Virus record (IMG/VR): IMGVR_UViG_2585427750_000024
Source: a virus
Lineage: Duplodnaviria > Heunggongvirae > Uroviricota > Caudoviricetes
Reading direction: 5' to 3' (one strand)
Length of the DNA: 34,727 nt
Under the pieces are notes generated by a model. That model worked only from the letters and a program-made list of their open reading frames with translations. It was not told where the DNA came from and did no database searches. This document shows, one piece after another, positions 8,863 through 17,150 of this stretch; positions within the stretch are counted from its first letter, which is position 1, and each line of letters begins with the position of its first letter. Both the position numbers and the translations under genes were made by a program.

Positions 8863-9174
8863 ATGACGACTCCAACCAGACGGATAAGTTTCTATCTGAA
8901 GCCCACCGCCGTCAAGAACGAAGGAGAAGCATGCGCCTGGCTGGACAGCCTTACACCAGAAGCCCGCAAAAGCGGCCAACGCGTGGCTTTTCTGGCCGGG
9001 CTGGCACTTCTGAAAATGAATCCGGCAGAGGCTTATCGACTGGCTGCATGGGCTGGTGATGAAGCGTTATCAGTGACACAAACCAGGACAGAACGCCCCG
9101 CATCACAGCCAGTATCAACCGCACAGATAACCAGTCAGATGGCCGGAAATATCCGGGCGTTATTTCCTGAATAA
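8863..9174 (+). CDS. parR: ParR/StbB-like centromere-binding adaptor
   Basis: ATG at 8863, in frame with track ORF 8728..9174, 4 nt after the parM stop; RISFYLKP...LDSLTPEARKSGQRVAFLAGLAL and C-terminal IRALFPE resemble recalled R1 ParR. Confidence 0.7.
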   Translation: MTTPTRRISFYLKPTAVKNEGEACAWLDSLTPEARKSGQRVAFLAGLALLKMNPAEAYRLAAWAGDEALSVTQTRTERPASQPVSTAQITSQMAGNIRALFPE

Positions 9175-9182
9175 CACAACAT

Positions 9183-9200
9183 CAGGGCGAGTTCGCCCTG
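9183..9200. repeat. Palindromic element CAGGGCG-AGTT-CGCCCTG, copy 1, 3' of parR
   Basis: 7-bp perfect inverted repeat read directly; no T-tract; same arms recur at 9841-9866. Confidence 0.5.
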
Positions 9201-9237
9201 CTCTCCACCTCAGAACATAAACAAGGAGAACGACTTA

Positions 9238-9828
9238 ATGAGCGAAATCAACTATCAGGCATTACGTGAACGTTATTCACCTGTGCCAGTACCGAAATGC
9301 CCTATTTGCGGCGAGGAAATGTCAATTCAGCGAATATCTGGAGCACAGGTTGTTTATGCCTGCTCCGGTTATGGTGATGATGGAGATTTCAAAATTGGCC
9401 AAACTCTTGCCGACGAACATTATGAAAAATCACGCGTAACAGTGTTGGATGTCGGGGATCCTGAAGTATTGGCGCTACTTGATTGGCTGGAAACCAAAGA
9501 CAACCGAATCGCTGAACTGGAAAAAATCGCCACTGACTATGCACTTAAATTCCAGAAAGCACAGGACGCATTAAAGTATGCCGCTTTGCTGCATAGCAGG
9601 ACGGCGCAACAAACAAATAATTTTGCAGTATCGCTTCCGGACATAAGCGAATATTTCATTAATGACGTATTTCAGCCCTTGCGATACGAGCGGGATGTTG
9701 AAAGAGCCATCATAAAGGCTGGCGGAAAAGCATTGTGGCAGGAGAAACACGAGGACAGAACGCATCAGTCCTGCGATGTAAATCGTGGATGGTTTAGCCC
9801 ACTGACGACAGATAAAAATAACACCTGA
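9238..9828 (+). CDS. Hypothetical protein with N-terminal Zn-ribbon-like CxxC...C and central coiled-coil-like region
   Basis: 196 aa; CPICGEEM...YAC; RBS AAGGAG upstream; located in the hotspot between A and cos. Confidence 0.55.
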   Translation: MSEINYQALRERYSPVPVPKCPICGEEMSIQRISGAQVVYACSGYGDDGDFKIGQTLADEHYEKSRVTVLDVGDPEVLALLDWLETKDNRIAELEKIATDYALKFQKAQDALKYAALLHSRTAQQTNNFAVSLPDISEYFINDVFQPLRYERDVERAIIKAGGKALWQEKHEDRTHQSCDVNRGWFSPLTTDKNNT

Positions 9829-9840
9829 TCCCCCTCAAAC

Positions 9841-9866
9841 CAGGGCGATAATCGCGCATCGCCCTG
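9841..9866. repeat. Palindromic element CAGGGCGAT-N8-ATCGCCCTG, copy 2, 3' of the 196-aa ORF
   Basis: 9-bp inverted repeat with the same arm sequence as 9183-9200, followed by CTGC in both cases. Confidence 0.5.
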
Positions 9867-10266
9867 CTGCACAATAGTGCACAAGTTTGCACAATTTTTT
9901 TGAACGACTTTTTACCCTTCCGGCCCGCATGGCGGCTGGATCCGTCAAGGATCCGTGCGTGCACAAAAAAACGCGCTTTTTCTGCGCGCAGGTGACGGGG
10001 GAACAGCCCGCGTTTCAGGGGGTAAATAGCATCCCCTGAACGATGTCGCAGCGACACAACAGAATGGCTGTATTTCTCACGCTGAGCGTGAAAAAGACGT
10101 GAGGGCTTTTGATTTGATGGGTGGCAGATAAGGCCGTCAAAATCGCACTGAGGCGGCGAGAACATGCAGTCAACGCGGTGGGATTGCGTAAGAGTCTGAC
10201 CGCCGATGATGACAATAAGCAGAAAAGCGTCGTGAAATTATCTGATTGATACAGGAGCTGGAGAGT

Positions 10267-10291
10267 CGGGGCATAAATTTTTTATGCCCCG
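10267..10291 (-). terminator. Hairpin 3' of Q (CGGGGCATAAA-TTT-TTTATGCCCCG), candidate terminator
   Basis: 11-bp perfect inverted repeat with GC-rich base and A/T-rich loop, 27 bp downstream of the Q stop; no long U-tract after the stem. Confidence 0.4.
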
Positions 10292-10317
10292 GCGAAGCAG
10301 CAGACAAGCGAAGCGCG

Positions 10318-11364
10318 TCAGGATGTGGGCTGGGTATCTAGCAGTGCGTAAGGGTTAAAGCGGATCACCTCTTCGCCAAGCCAGTCATTGATGTGCTTCA
10401 TGGCCTCCATGACGGGCATCAGCTCGTTAATTGCGTAAACCCGCGCGGCCTTCTCCACATCACCAAACGCACTTTTTTCGCCCGGCATCGCCCCCATCAG
10501 TTGCGGCGGAACGCGGTGCGCAGCCAGCACATCATCACGGGATGCCGCCTTAACATTCATGAACTCATCCTTTGCAGTGATCTGCTGGAACGGCAAAATT
10601 TGCACACCTTCTTTGCCCCCGTTGGGCGCATGGATGAGTACGTTTTTAAACGCACCACCACCACGCGCGCCCTGTAACGTTTCTTTCAGGGAGTCCATGC
10701 TTTCGCGGTTTACCTGCGCTGCACCGATGTAGATGATGCACCCGGCGTGGGATCCGTTGTCGTAGTACAGTTTTCTGAACATGTCCGCCGAATGAGAAAG
10801 GCTGGCCGAGAGTAATGCGCCAAGATATTCCGGCATGCCGTAGATTTCCTGGTTAATATCCGGATTCATCAGGTGGCACACTTTGCCAGGGCGAAACTGG
10901 AACGCGTCCTTGCCATCCTGCACATACCACCATGATTCAAGATCGCTTCCGCGTCGCATGTATTTCGCCAGGGCGTGCCGTAATTTAAGCGGTTCGCCGA
11001 GCATATTGCTTCTAAGCTCAAGGAATGCGTTACCGAACACAAACCAGTCCAGCGCCAGCGCCGAGAAATCCTGCCGGGAAAGCAGCGGGTGCGGGATGTA
11101 GCAACCGAGTAATACATTGCGCTTAAAGTAAAGCGCAGACTGATGCCAGGACGTTTGCCGGGCTGCTCTTGCCAGACCGTACCAGTCCACCGGGGTTTCA
11201 TACCACCGTCCGTTATCAGCACAGTACATATTGTCCAGCAGGTCATGCCCGGTCAGGCGATAAGGACCATCAAATGTGAATGCACTGAGCGATGATTCTT
11301 TCCTGAGCGCATCAGCGAGATCAATGCGTGAACTCATGCGCACTTTTTTATTTTTTCTGCTCAT
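10318..11364 (-). CDS. Q: Portal protein, P2 gpQ-like
   Basis: 348 aa; size and position match P2 Q, adjacent to and co-oriented with the terminase gene. Confidence 0.85.
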   Translation of the reverse strand: MSRKNKKVRMSSRIDLADALRKESSLSAFTFDGPYRLTGHDLLDNMYCADNGRWYETPVDWYGLARAARQTSWHQSALYFKRNVLLGCYIPHPLLSRQDFSALALDWFVFGNAFLELRSNMLGEPLKLRHALAKYMRRGSDLESWWYVQDGKDAFQFRPGKVCHLMNPDINQEIYGMPEYLGALLSASLSHSADMFRKLYYDNGSHAGCIIYIGAAQVNRESMDSLKETLQGARGGGAFKNVLIHAPNGGKEGVQILPFQQITAKDEFMNVKAASRDDVLAAHRVPPQLMGAMPGEKSAFGDVEKAARVYAINELMPVMEAMKHINDWLGEEVIRFNPYALLDTQPTS

Positions 11365-13115
11365 CAGAACTCCATAACCGTGAAACGCTCGTTTTCTCCT
11401 TCGCCGCCAATCGGTTCGTTAATGACAGCAAGCATGGTTGCCCACGCAAGGTCGCCGTGGCTGATCCCCCTCGCGCGGTCCGTTTCGTAAGTGATAAAGC
11501 CGCCCGGTGTTTTCACCTTACGCACGGCGTTAAAGGCCGCGACCAGCTCGCGTTCGGCGCGATCGTATTCCCACCGCCCGGCACGCATTATTTGCAGCAT
11601 TTTCAGTACCAGCGACCGTTTTGATGACAGCGTGAAGGTGTACGGAATAGCAGCAGGGAAAAACCGTTTCACTATCTGATAAACAGCCTCCCCGTTCCCG
11701 CCCGTCACATCAATGCCGATGTGTTCCACGTTGTAGCGATACGTGAACTCTTCAATGACTCTGGCCTGTTCTTCAAACTCCAGCCCCTGAACGCGTCGCG
11801 TCTCCACCGTTCGAAAACGGCCACCAGGAACAGCCGGAGGAACCACCACGGACACAGCGCCGCTGTCGCCGTTGCCACTACTGCCGTTTGCGTCATACCC
11901 AATCCATACCGGACGATTCCCCATCGGGCGGGGAGCAAAAGGTTTCCAGTCTTTCCAGTCGTCGTATCCGTCAACACCGCAGCCAATCAGGATATTCAGG
12001 TTAAATGCCGATTCCCCTTCGCGGACAAACTCACACATATAGAGATTGAGGAACTCGTCTTCGGTGTTTTCATCACGAATTTCGTCGATATCGGTGTGTT
12101 TCCAGCCGTGATTGACCACATCTTCCAGCGTGACAATTTGCCGCCACGTCCGGTCAGGGCAGATAAGCCCGTTATGCAGCGTTTTCCAGTCCACAGAAAA
12201 ACGCTGGCGTTTATGCGTGGCCTTTTTCTCGTTCCAGCGGTCGCCGTTCCAGTAGGCGTATGCCTCGTGCGTTTCGGTGGATGGCGTGGAGAAGTAGGTG
12301 CGCCGCAGTCCGCTGAGGGTTGCCATAGCGCCAGCCACCTTGCGCAGTTCAGCAAAGCGACTGACCCAGAAAAATTCATCAAAATAAAAATTGCCCGTAT
12401 AGGACTGTGCCGACGCAGCAGAAGTGCCGAGAAAATGCAGCTCTGCGCCGTTGGAGAGGATGATTTTATCGCCCCCTTTCAGCTCCACATCAACTTCAGC
12501 CGCGGCCTTCTGAATAATGCTTTTAAACTGGAACGCCTGACGACGCGACGCAGACAAAAAAATCTGGTTACGCTGGTAAGGTTGCGCCACATCGTCACGC
12601 AGCGCCATCAGCAGAGCTTCCTGTGCAAAATACCAGGTCGCCCCAATCTGTCGGGATTTCAGGATCATCCTGTTACGTATCCCGGCTTCCCTGCAAAGGG
12701 TCAGGGAGTCAAACCAGCCCCGCTGATGCCACTCCAGCCTGCTGATGATTTTTTCCCGCAGTGCGGCAATCTGTTCCGGCGTGAAATGATTTTTGAGTTT
12801 TTTCGCCCGGCCTTTCTTTCCTGTGACCGTCGCATCCGGCTGGCCATCATGCAGTTTTTTAAGCTGCCGGGTCAGCAGGTCTATTTCCTTAAAGTCACCG
12901 CCTGTTTTATTCTGTTTTTCAGTAAGCTGGATGAGGCGCGCATCGATGGACTGCGTGACACGCTGCACGGGTGGCGTTTCATCCCACTGGTCGCGTTTTT
13001 TCCACGCATAAATCGTGTTCGGGTTTATTCCCATCAGACGTGATATTTCTGCGGGCGGATAACCCTGCCAGTAAAGTTGCCGCGCACGCTGGCGCACAAA
13101 AGCGTCCTGAATCAT
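11364..13115 (-). CDS. P: Terminase large (ATPase) subunit, P2 gpP-like
   Basis: 583 aa; N-terminal HTH-like MIQDAFVRQRARQLYWQGYPPAEISRLMGINPNTIYAWKKRDQWDE; P2 P-Q leftward operon arrangement. Confidence 0.9.
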   Translation of the reverse strand: MIQDAFVRQRARQLYWQGYPPAEISRLMGINPNTIYAWKKRDQWDETPPVQRVTQSIDARLIQLTEKQNKTGGDFKEIDLLTRQLKKLHDGQPDATVTGKKGRAKKLKNHFTPEQIAALREKIISRLEWHQRGWFDSLTLCREAGIRNRMILKSRQIGATWYFAQEALLMALRDDVAQPYQRNQIFLSASRRQAFQFKSIIQKAAAEVDVELKGGDKIILSNGAELHFLGTSAASAQSYTGNFYFDEFFWVSRFAELRKVAGAMATLSGLRRTYFSTPSTETHEAYAYWNGDRWNEKKATHKRQRFSVDWKTLHNGLICPDRTWRQIVTLEDVVNHGWKHTDIDEIRDENTEDEFLNLYMCEFVREGESAFNLNILIGCGVDGYDDWKDWKPFAPRPMGNRPVWIGYDANGSSGNGDSGAVSVVVPPAVPGGRFRTVETRRVQGLEFEEQARVIEEFTYRYNVEHIGIDVTGGNGEAVYQIVKRFFPAAIPYTFTLSSKRSLVLKMLQIMRAGRWEYDRAERELVAAFNAVRKVKTPGGFITYETDRARGISHGDLAWATMLAVINEPIGGEGENERFTVMEF

Positions 13116-13236
13116 TGCTCCCCCTGAGTAATTACAGGAAGATTACCCGCGCGCGAAACTGTTCTCCTTAACCCCCTGTTCTGGCCGTTTTCTTACAACA
13201 AAATCCCTTTGTATCAGCCTGTTACGCTTTGCCATC
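13116..13236. promoter_or_regulatory. Divergent late-promoter region between P and O
   Basis: Intergenic between divergently transcribed late operons; contains TAACCCCCT (13169-13177) and ACAACAAAA (13195-13203), both also present upstream of D; no TGT-N12-ACA found by eye. Confidence 0.4.
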
Positions 13237-14106
13237 ATGACTGAAGAACCAGTCAGAGGGGCAAAAACTATGGCTAATGAAAAAAAGACATCCCGCAAAA
13301 AGTTTCGCGTGGCTGTCTCCGGATCAACTGTTGATGGCCGCGAAATCAGCCCGGTACATCTGCATGAAGCCGCCGAGAACTTCAACCCGGATGTTTACGC
13401 TGCCCGCGTGAACGTTGAGCACTATCTCTCGCCATGCCCGTCAAGCGAATTTTCCGCAATGGGCGATGTCACCGCGCTGAGTACGGAAGATATTACGGAA
13501 GGCCCGCTGGCCGGACGTACTGCGCTGTATGCAGAAATCGAACCGACCGAGCGCATGAAGCAGCTTGTCGCTGACGGCAAGAAAATCTATTCCAGTATCG
13601 AACTGCACCCGCAGTTCTCCGTTAACGGGCGTGCCTATCTGGTCGGGCTGGCGATGACCGACACCCCGGCAAGCCTGGGCACTGAGCGCCTGAAATTCAC
13701 GGCACAGCAGCGTCAGGCGGTGATGACGTTCAACAGTATCCAGGGTGAAGCACCGCTTATCTCCGAAGCCATCGAGTCTGAAATCATCGAAATGGCAGAA
13801 CAACGCCAGGAAGAAGGCACCCAGTGGTTTAACCGCGTAATGGGGATTATTGGTCGTGGCCGCAAAGCGGATGACGCCAGTTTCTCCCGTATTCAGGAAG
13901 CGGTGGAAGGCGTTGCAACATCACAGGCCGACATTATCGACCGTTTTAATGTGCTGGAAACCCGCCATCAGCAGGACCGCCAGAAAATCACGTCACTGAC
14001 CACAGAGCTGACAGCACTGAAGGAAAAACTGCGCACGCAGGACGGCGATCCGCAGAACCGCTTCACCGCAACGGGCGCAGCCTCCGACCAGCTGGCTGAC
14101 TTCTGA
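13237..14106 (+). CDS. O: Capsid scaffolding protein, P2 gpO-like (possible true start ~13270)
   Basis: 289 aa; N-terminal FRVAVSGSTVDGREISPVHLHEAAENFNPDVYAARVNVEHY resembles recalled P2 O; precedes the major capsid gene. Confidence 0.85.
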   Translation: MTEEPVRGAKTMANEKKTSRKKFRVAVSGSTVDGREISPVHLHEAAENFNPDVYAARVNVEHYLSPCPSSEFSAMGDVTALSTEDITEGPLAGRTALYAEIEPTERMKQLVADGKKIYSSIELHPQFSVNGRAYLVGLAMTDTPASLGTERLKFTAQQRQAVMTFNSIQGEAPLISEAIESEIIEMAEQRQEEGTQWFNRVMGIIGRGRKADDASFSRIQEAVEGVATSQADIIDRFNVLETRHQQDRQKITSLTTELTALKEKLRTQDGDPQNRFTATGAASDQLADF

Positions 14107-14129
14107 TAAGACAAAGGAGCAAATTTTTT

Positions 14130-15182
14130 ATGAATCTGGTGATGTCAGATATTACCCGCAACAAGCTGGGTTGCTATATGGCGCAGCAGGCGTCGCTTAA
14201 CAATATCCCGGTATCTGCACTGGTATCGCGATTTACCGTGGAACCCGCGGTGCAGCAGCGTTTTGAAAACGCCTCAAAGGAAAGTACCGAATTTACGAAA
14301 AGAATTAACGTGATCGGCGTGACCGACCAGAAAGGCGAAAAAATCCTCCCGGACACCACCGGGCCAATTGCGCGCACGAATAGCAGTTATGACGGCATCA
14401 AACGCCGTAACCCGAATAACGTGATCGATATGAAGTCTCGTCAGTACCAGTGCGAACAGGTGAACTACGATACCTTTATTTCGTACCCACAGCTTGATAC
14501 CTGGGCGGCCCACAGCGATTTTCAGTCCCGTATCAGTACACAGATCGCCCGGCAGGTAGCGCTTGATCGCATCATGATTGGCTTTAACGGCACATCCCAC
14601 GCCTACGAGTCTGATTTTCACACCAACAAGCTGCTTCAGGACGTTAACGTGGGCTGGCTGGAGCACATCAGAACCGATGCCAGCGAGCGCGTAATGAATG
14701 ACGTGACGCTGACCTCCCGCAACATGGACAACACTGTGGCGCACGCGGGTAAGTATGCGAATGCCGATGCTCTGGTACAGGATGCGCGCTCATCCCTGCT
14801 GGATGAATGGCACAAGGAAGCTGACGACCTCGTGGTGATTATGGGGCGCAACCTGTTTAACTCGCTGCGTCTGCCCGTGCTGAACAGCATCAGCGGCCAG
14901 AATCCCAATGCGGAATTACTTGCCGGGCAGCTCATCCTGTCATCGCGCACCATTGGCGGGCTGGGCGTGTTCCTTGCGCCGTTCTTCCCGGATGCAACGA
15001 TGCTTATCACCTCGTTCAACAACCTGTCGATTTACTGGCAGAAAGGTTCAATGCGTCGTCTGATGAAAGACGAGCCGGAATACAACCGCATCGCCACCTA
15101 CCAGTCCATCAATGACGCTTATGTCGTTGAAGACTATGGCAAGTGCGCGATGGTCACTGGCCTGAAGTTCGCCGACAGCTAA
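14130..15182 (+). CDS. N: Major capsid protein, P2 gpN-like
   Basis: 350 aa; FTVEP...RINVIGVTDQKGEKI resembles P2 N; position O-N-M. Confidence 0.9.
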   Translation: MNLVMSDITRNKLGCYMAQQASLNNIPVSALVSRFTVEPAVQQRFENASKESTEFTKRINVIGVTDQKGEKILPDTTGPIARTNSSYDGIKRRNPNNVIDMKSRQYQCEQVNYDTFISYPQLDTWAAHSDFQSRISTQIARQVALDRIMIGFNGTSHAYESDFHTNKLLQDVNVGWLEHIRTDASERVMNDVTLTSRNMDNTVAHAGKYANADALVQDARSSLLDEWHKEADDLVVIMGRNLFNSLRLPVLNSISGQNPNAELLAGQLILSSRTIGGLGVFLAPFFPDATMLITSFNNLSIYWQKGSMRRLMKDEPEYNRIATYQSINDAYVVEDYGKCAMVTGLKFADS

Positions 15183-15191
15183 TCAACTCAC

Positions 15192-15210
15192 GGCGGGCAT
15201 CATGCCCGCC
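15192..15210 (+). other. Hairpin GGCGGGC-ATCAT-GCCCGCC between N and M
   Basis: 7-bp GC-rich inverted repeat read directly; no U-tract; possible processing/attenuation structure. Confidence 0.3.
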
Positions 15211-15227
15211 TGTAACGGAGAGAAAAA

Positions 15228-16028
15228 ATGATTACTCCTGCACAACAACACTGGCAGAACGTGATGGCACAGCGCGCAGGCCGGGCGAATGAAGGTGTGG
15301 ACCACGCCGCGTGTACCGCGCATGAAGAAGTGCTGTATCGTCTGCGTCTGGCACAGGCCAGGCTAAAGGCCATACAGGCCAGAAGCGCGAAAGCCGCCAT
15401 CAAAAAAGAGTTGTTGCCGGACTTTTCCGGCTGGATTGAGGGAACGCTGGAGGCTGACGGCGGGCAACAGGACGAAGTAATTGCCACGCTGATGGTGTGG
15501 GCGATTGACTGCGGCGATCTTCCACTGGCGCTGCGTATTGGTGCATATGTGGTCCGTCACAACCTCATCATGCCGGATAACTTTGGCCGTACTGCTGCCA
15601 CGGTACTGACCGAAGAAATCTGCAACCCGGTACTGACGCAGGCTGGGACGGATGCCGACGCGGATTTATCCGCCTTTATCGAACCACTGGACACACTTTG
15701 GGAAATTGTCGCCAACCAGGACATTCCGGACGAAGTGCGCGCCAAATTATGCAAGGCGTGTGCCTTTGCCCGTCGTGGCCTGACCGATGCAGACAACATG
15801 GCCTCATCACTGAAGCTGCTGCGCGAAGCGATGCACCTGAACCCGAACGCAGGTGTGAAACGCGAGATTGCAACCCTTTCCCGCGCCCTGAAAAAAGCCG
15901 ATTCCGCAGCCGAACCAGAAGACGCCAGCGCACAGCAGGCGCAGGACGAAAGCAGCAAAAATAAAAAGACAACGCGGAAGCCTGCAACACGAAAAACCAC
16001 CGCGACGCAGAAGGCAAAGCGCGGTTAA
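15228..16028 (+). CDS. M: Terminase small (endonuclease) subunit, P2 gpM-like
   Basis: 266 aa; position and sequence character match P2 M; basic C-terminal tail. Confidence 0.85.
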   Translation: MITPAQQHWQNVMAQRAGRANEGVDHAACTAHEEVLYRLRLAQARLKAIQARSAKAAIKKELLPDFSGWIEGTLEADGGQQDEVIATLMVWAIDCGDLPLALRIGAYVVRHNLIMPDNFGRTAATVLTEEICNPVLTQAGTDADADLSAFIEPLDTLWEIVANQDIPDEVRAKLCKACAFARRGLTDADNMASSLKLLREAMHLNPNAGVKREIATLSRALKKADSAAEPEDASAQQAQDESSKNKKTTRKPATRKTTATQKAKRG

Positions 16029-16044
16029 CGACTGACCCCGTCAG

Positions 16045-16115
16045 CGGGCGGCGTGCGCGGTGTTCCGGTTTGACTCCGTGACCGTTTACACCGCGCACCC
16101 ACCGCCCGATTTTTT
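16045..16115 (+). terminator. Long imperfect hairpin followed by T6 between M and L (intrinsic terminator/attenuator)
   Basis: Arms CGGGCGGCGTGCGCGGTG (16045-16062) and CACCGCGCACCCACCGCCCG (16089-16108), then TTTTTT (16110-16115), RBS and the L start. Confidence 0.5.
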
Positions 16116-16120
16116 CAGGA

Positions 16121-16624
16121 GTGAACCCCATGAGTATGGTTGCCAGAACTAACCCCGGCCCCGCAGAGGACGACATCACCGATACCGATGATGGCGACAC
16201 TCGCATTTCAGCGGGTGCATTCTGGCCGGATATTGTGCTGCGTGAGCTGCGTCTGGCGGTACGACTGCCGGGCCGCGTGACCACCTCCCGCCTGCTGCAT
16301 ACCGCCACCGGGGCCATAGCACACGTTACCCGCGAGCTGGAAGCATGGCAGCAGGAACAACAGGCGGCTGGCTATCAGACGCTGGCCGATGTTCCGGCCC
16401 CTGTAATTAACGGAGAAAGCGTCAATCTCTGGCACTGGCGCAATGCTGTTTATACCGCCACACGCGCCCTGATTCTGGAGCGTTACCGCGATGCGGACAC
16501 AACGGACAAGGGCGACCGCCGGGCGGACGCACTGGATATACAGACATCGGATTTGTGGCGCGATGTGAGCTGGGCCATCTCTGACATTCTGGGACGACCG
16601 CGAATGTTTGCGGAGCTGTGCTGA
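16121..16624 (+). CDS. L: Head completion/stabilisation protein, P2 gpL-like
   Basis: 167 aa; position after M and before X; size as P2 L. Confidence 0.8.
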   Translation: MNPMSMVARTNPGPAEDDITDTDDGDTRISAGAFWPDIVLRELRLAVRLPGRVTTSRLLHTATGAIAHVTRELEAWQQEQQAAGYQTLADVPAPVINGESVNLWHWRNAVYTATRALILERYRDADTTDKGDRRADALDIQTSDLWRDVSWAISDILGRPRMFAELC

Positions 16625-16824
16625 TGAAAGTGAAGGCACTGGAAGGCGACACCGTGGATTCGCTCTGTTTCCGGTACTACGGCACGACACGGGGCGTCAC
16701 CGAAAAGGTGCTGGATGCCAACCCCGGACTCTGTCAGCAGGTATTTCTGGACGCCGGGCAGGAAGTGGAGATGCCGGAGCCGGAGAAGAAGAAACGAGAA
16801 ATGATTCAGTTGTGGGGGGAGTAG
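16618..16824 (+). CDS. X: Tail protein X-like
   Basis: 68 aa; size and position match P2 X; overlaps the L stop. Confidence 0.65.
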   Translation: MLMKVKALEGDTVDSLCFRYYGTTRGVTEKVLDANPGLCQQVFLDAGQEVEMPEPEKKKREMIQLWGE

Positions 16825-16826
16825 CA

Positions 16827-17150
16827 GTGAGCACCATTCAAACAGGGATCACAGAGCAGGTTATTGCGTGGCTCTTTGACCACCTGCCAACGGTGTATGC
16901 AGTAGGCGCGGCTGTCAGCATTTCCGCGCTGATGAGTCTTTATGACGGACGAACACTGGTTCAGACCGTAACGGGATCGCTGGCGTGCGGCGTTCTTGCC
17001 ATGGCCGTGGCCGGGTCGCTGCGCTTCTTCGGGATCCCTGAGGATGCAGTGACGTTTTTTGGTGCCTCAATCGGTTTTATGGGCGCAGAGAAAGCACGCG
17101 ACAAGGTTATTGCAATATTTGATCGCAGGGTGAAGGAGAGGAACGAATGA
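16827..17150 (+). CDS. Holin (GTG start)
   Basis: 107 aa from GTG at 16827 preceded by GGGGGGAG; 2-3 predicted TM helices; first gene of the lysis cassette. Track ORF 16608..17150 is the same frame extended upstream. Confidence 0.6.
   Translation: MSTIQTGITEQVIAWLFDHLPTVYAVGAAVSISALMSLYDGRTLVQTVTGSLACGVLAMAVAGSLRFFGIPEDAVTFFGASIGFMGAEKARDKVIAIFDRRVKERNE

Larger units (their letters stand above)
9829..10317. other. Non-coding region expected to contain cos (terminase recognition/cleavage site)
   Basis: By P2 synteny cos lies just beyond the 3' end of Q; region holds TGCACAA x4 (9868, 9878, 9888, 9960), GGATCCGT x2 (9938, 9949) and a CGCGC-N7-GCGCG palindrome; the P2 19-nt cohesive end itself was not recognised. 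Confidence 0.35.

Noticed and set aside
10130-10175. Sequence GGCGGCGAGAACATGCAG as the cohesive end by similarity to P2/186 cos (GGCG.GGCGGGGAAAGCA.)
   Set aside because: Match is only compositional; the recalled 19-mer does not align convincingly; cos cannot be placed without end mapping.
11721-13043. 440-aa plus-strand ORF antisense to terminase P
   Set aside because: Fully embedded antisense to the conserved terminase large-subunit gene; composition typical of a shadow ORF.
15676-16317. 213-aa minus-strand ORF across M/L
   Set aside because: Antisense to conserved M and L genes and spans the M-L terminator hairpin; shadow ORF.
16608-17150. 180-aa ORF as the holin
   Set aside because: The upstream 73 codons overlap L and X in another frame; GTG at 16827 with a good RBS gives a 107-aa holin of plausible size.
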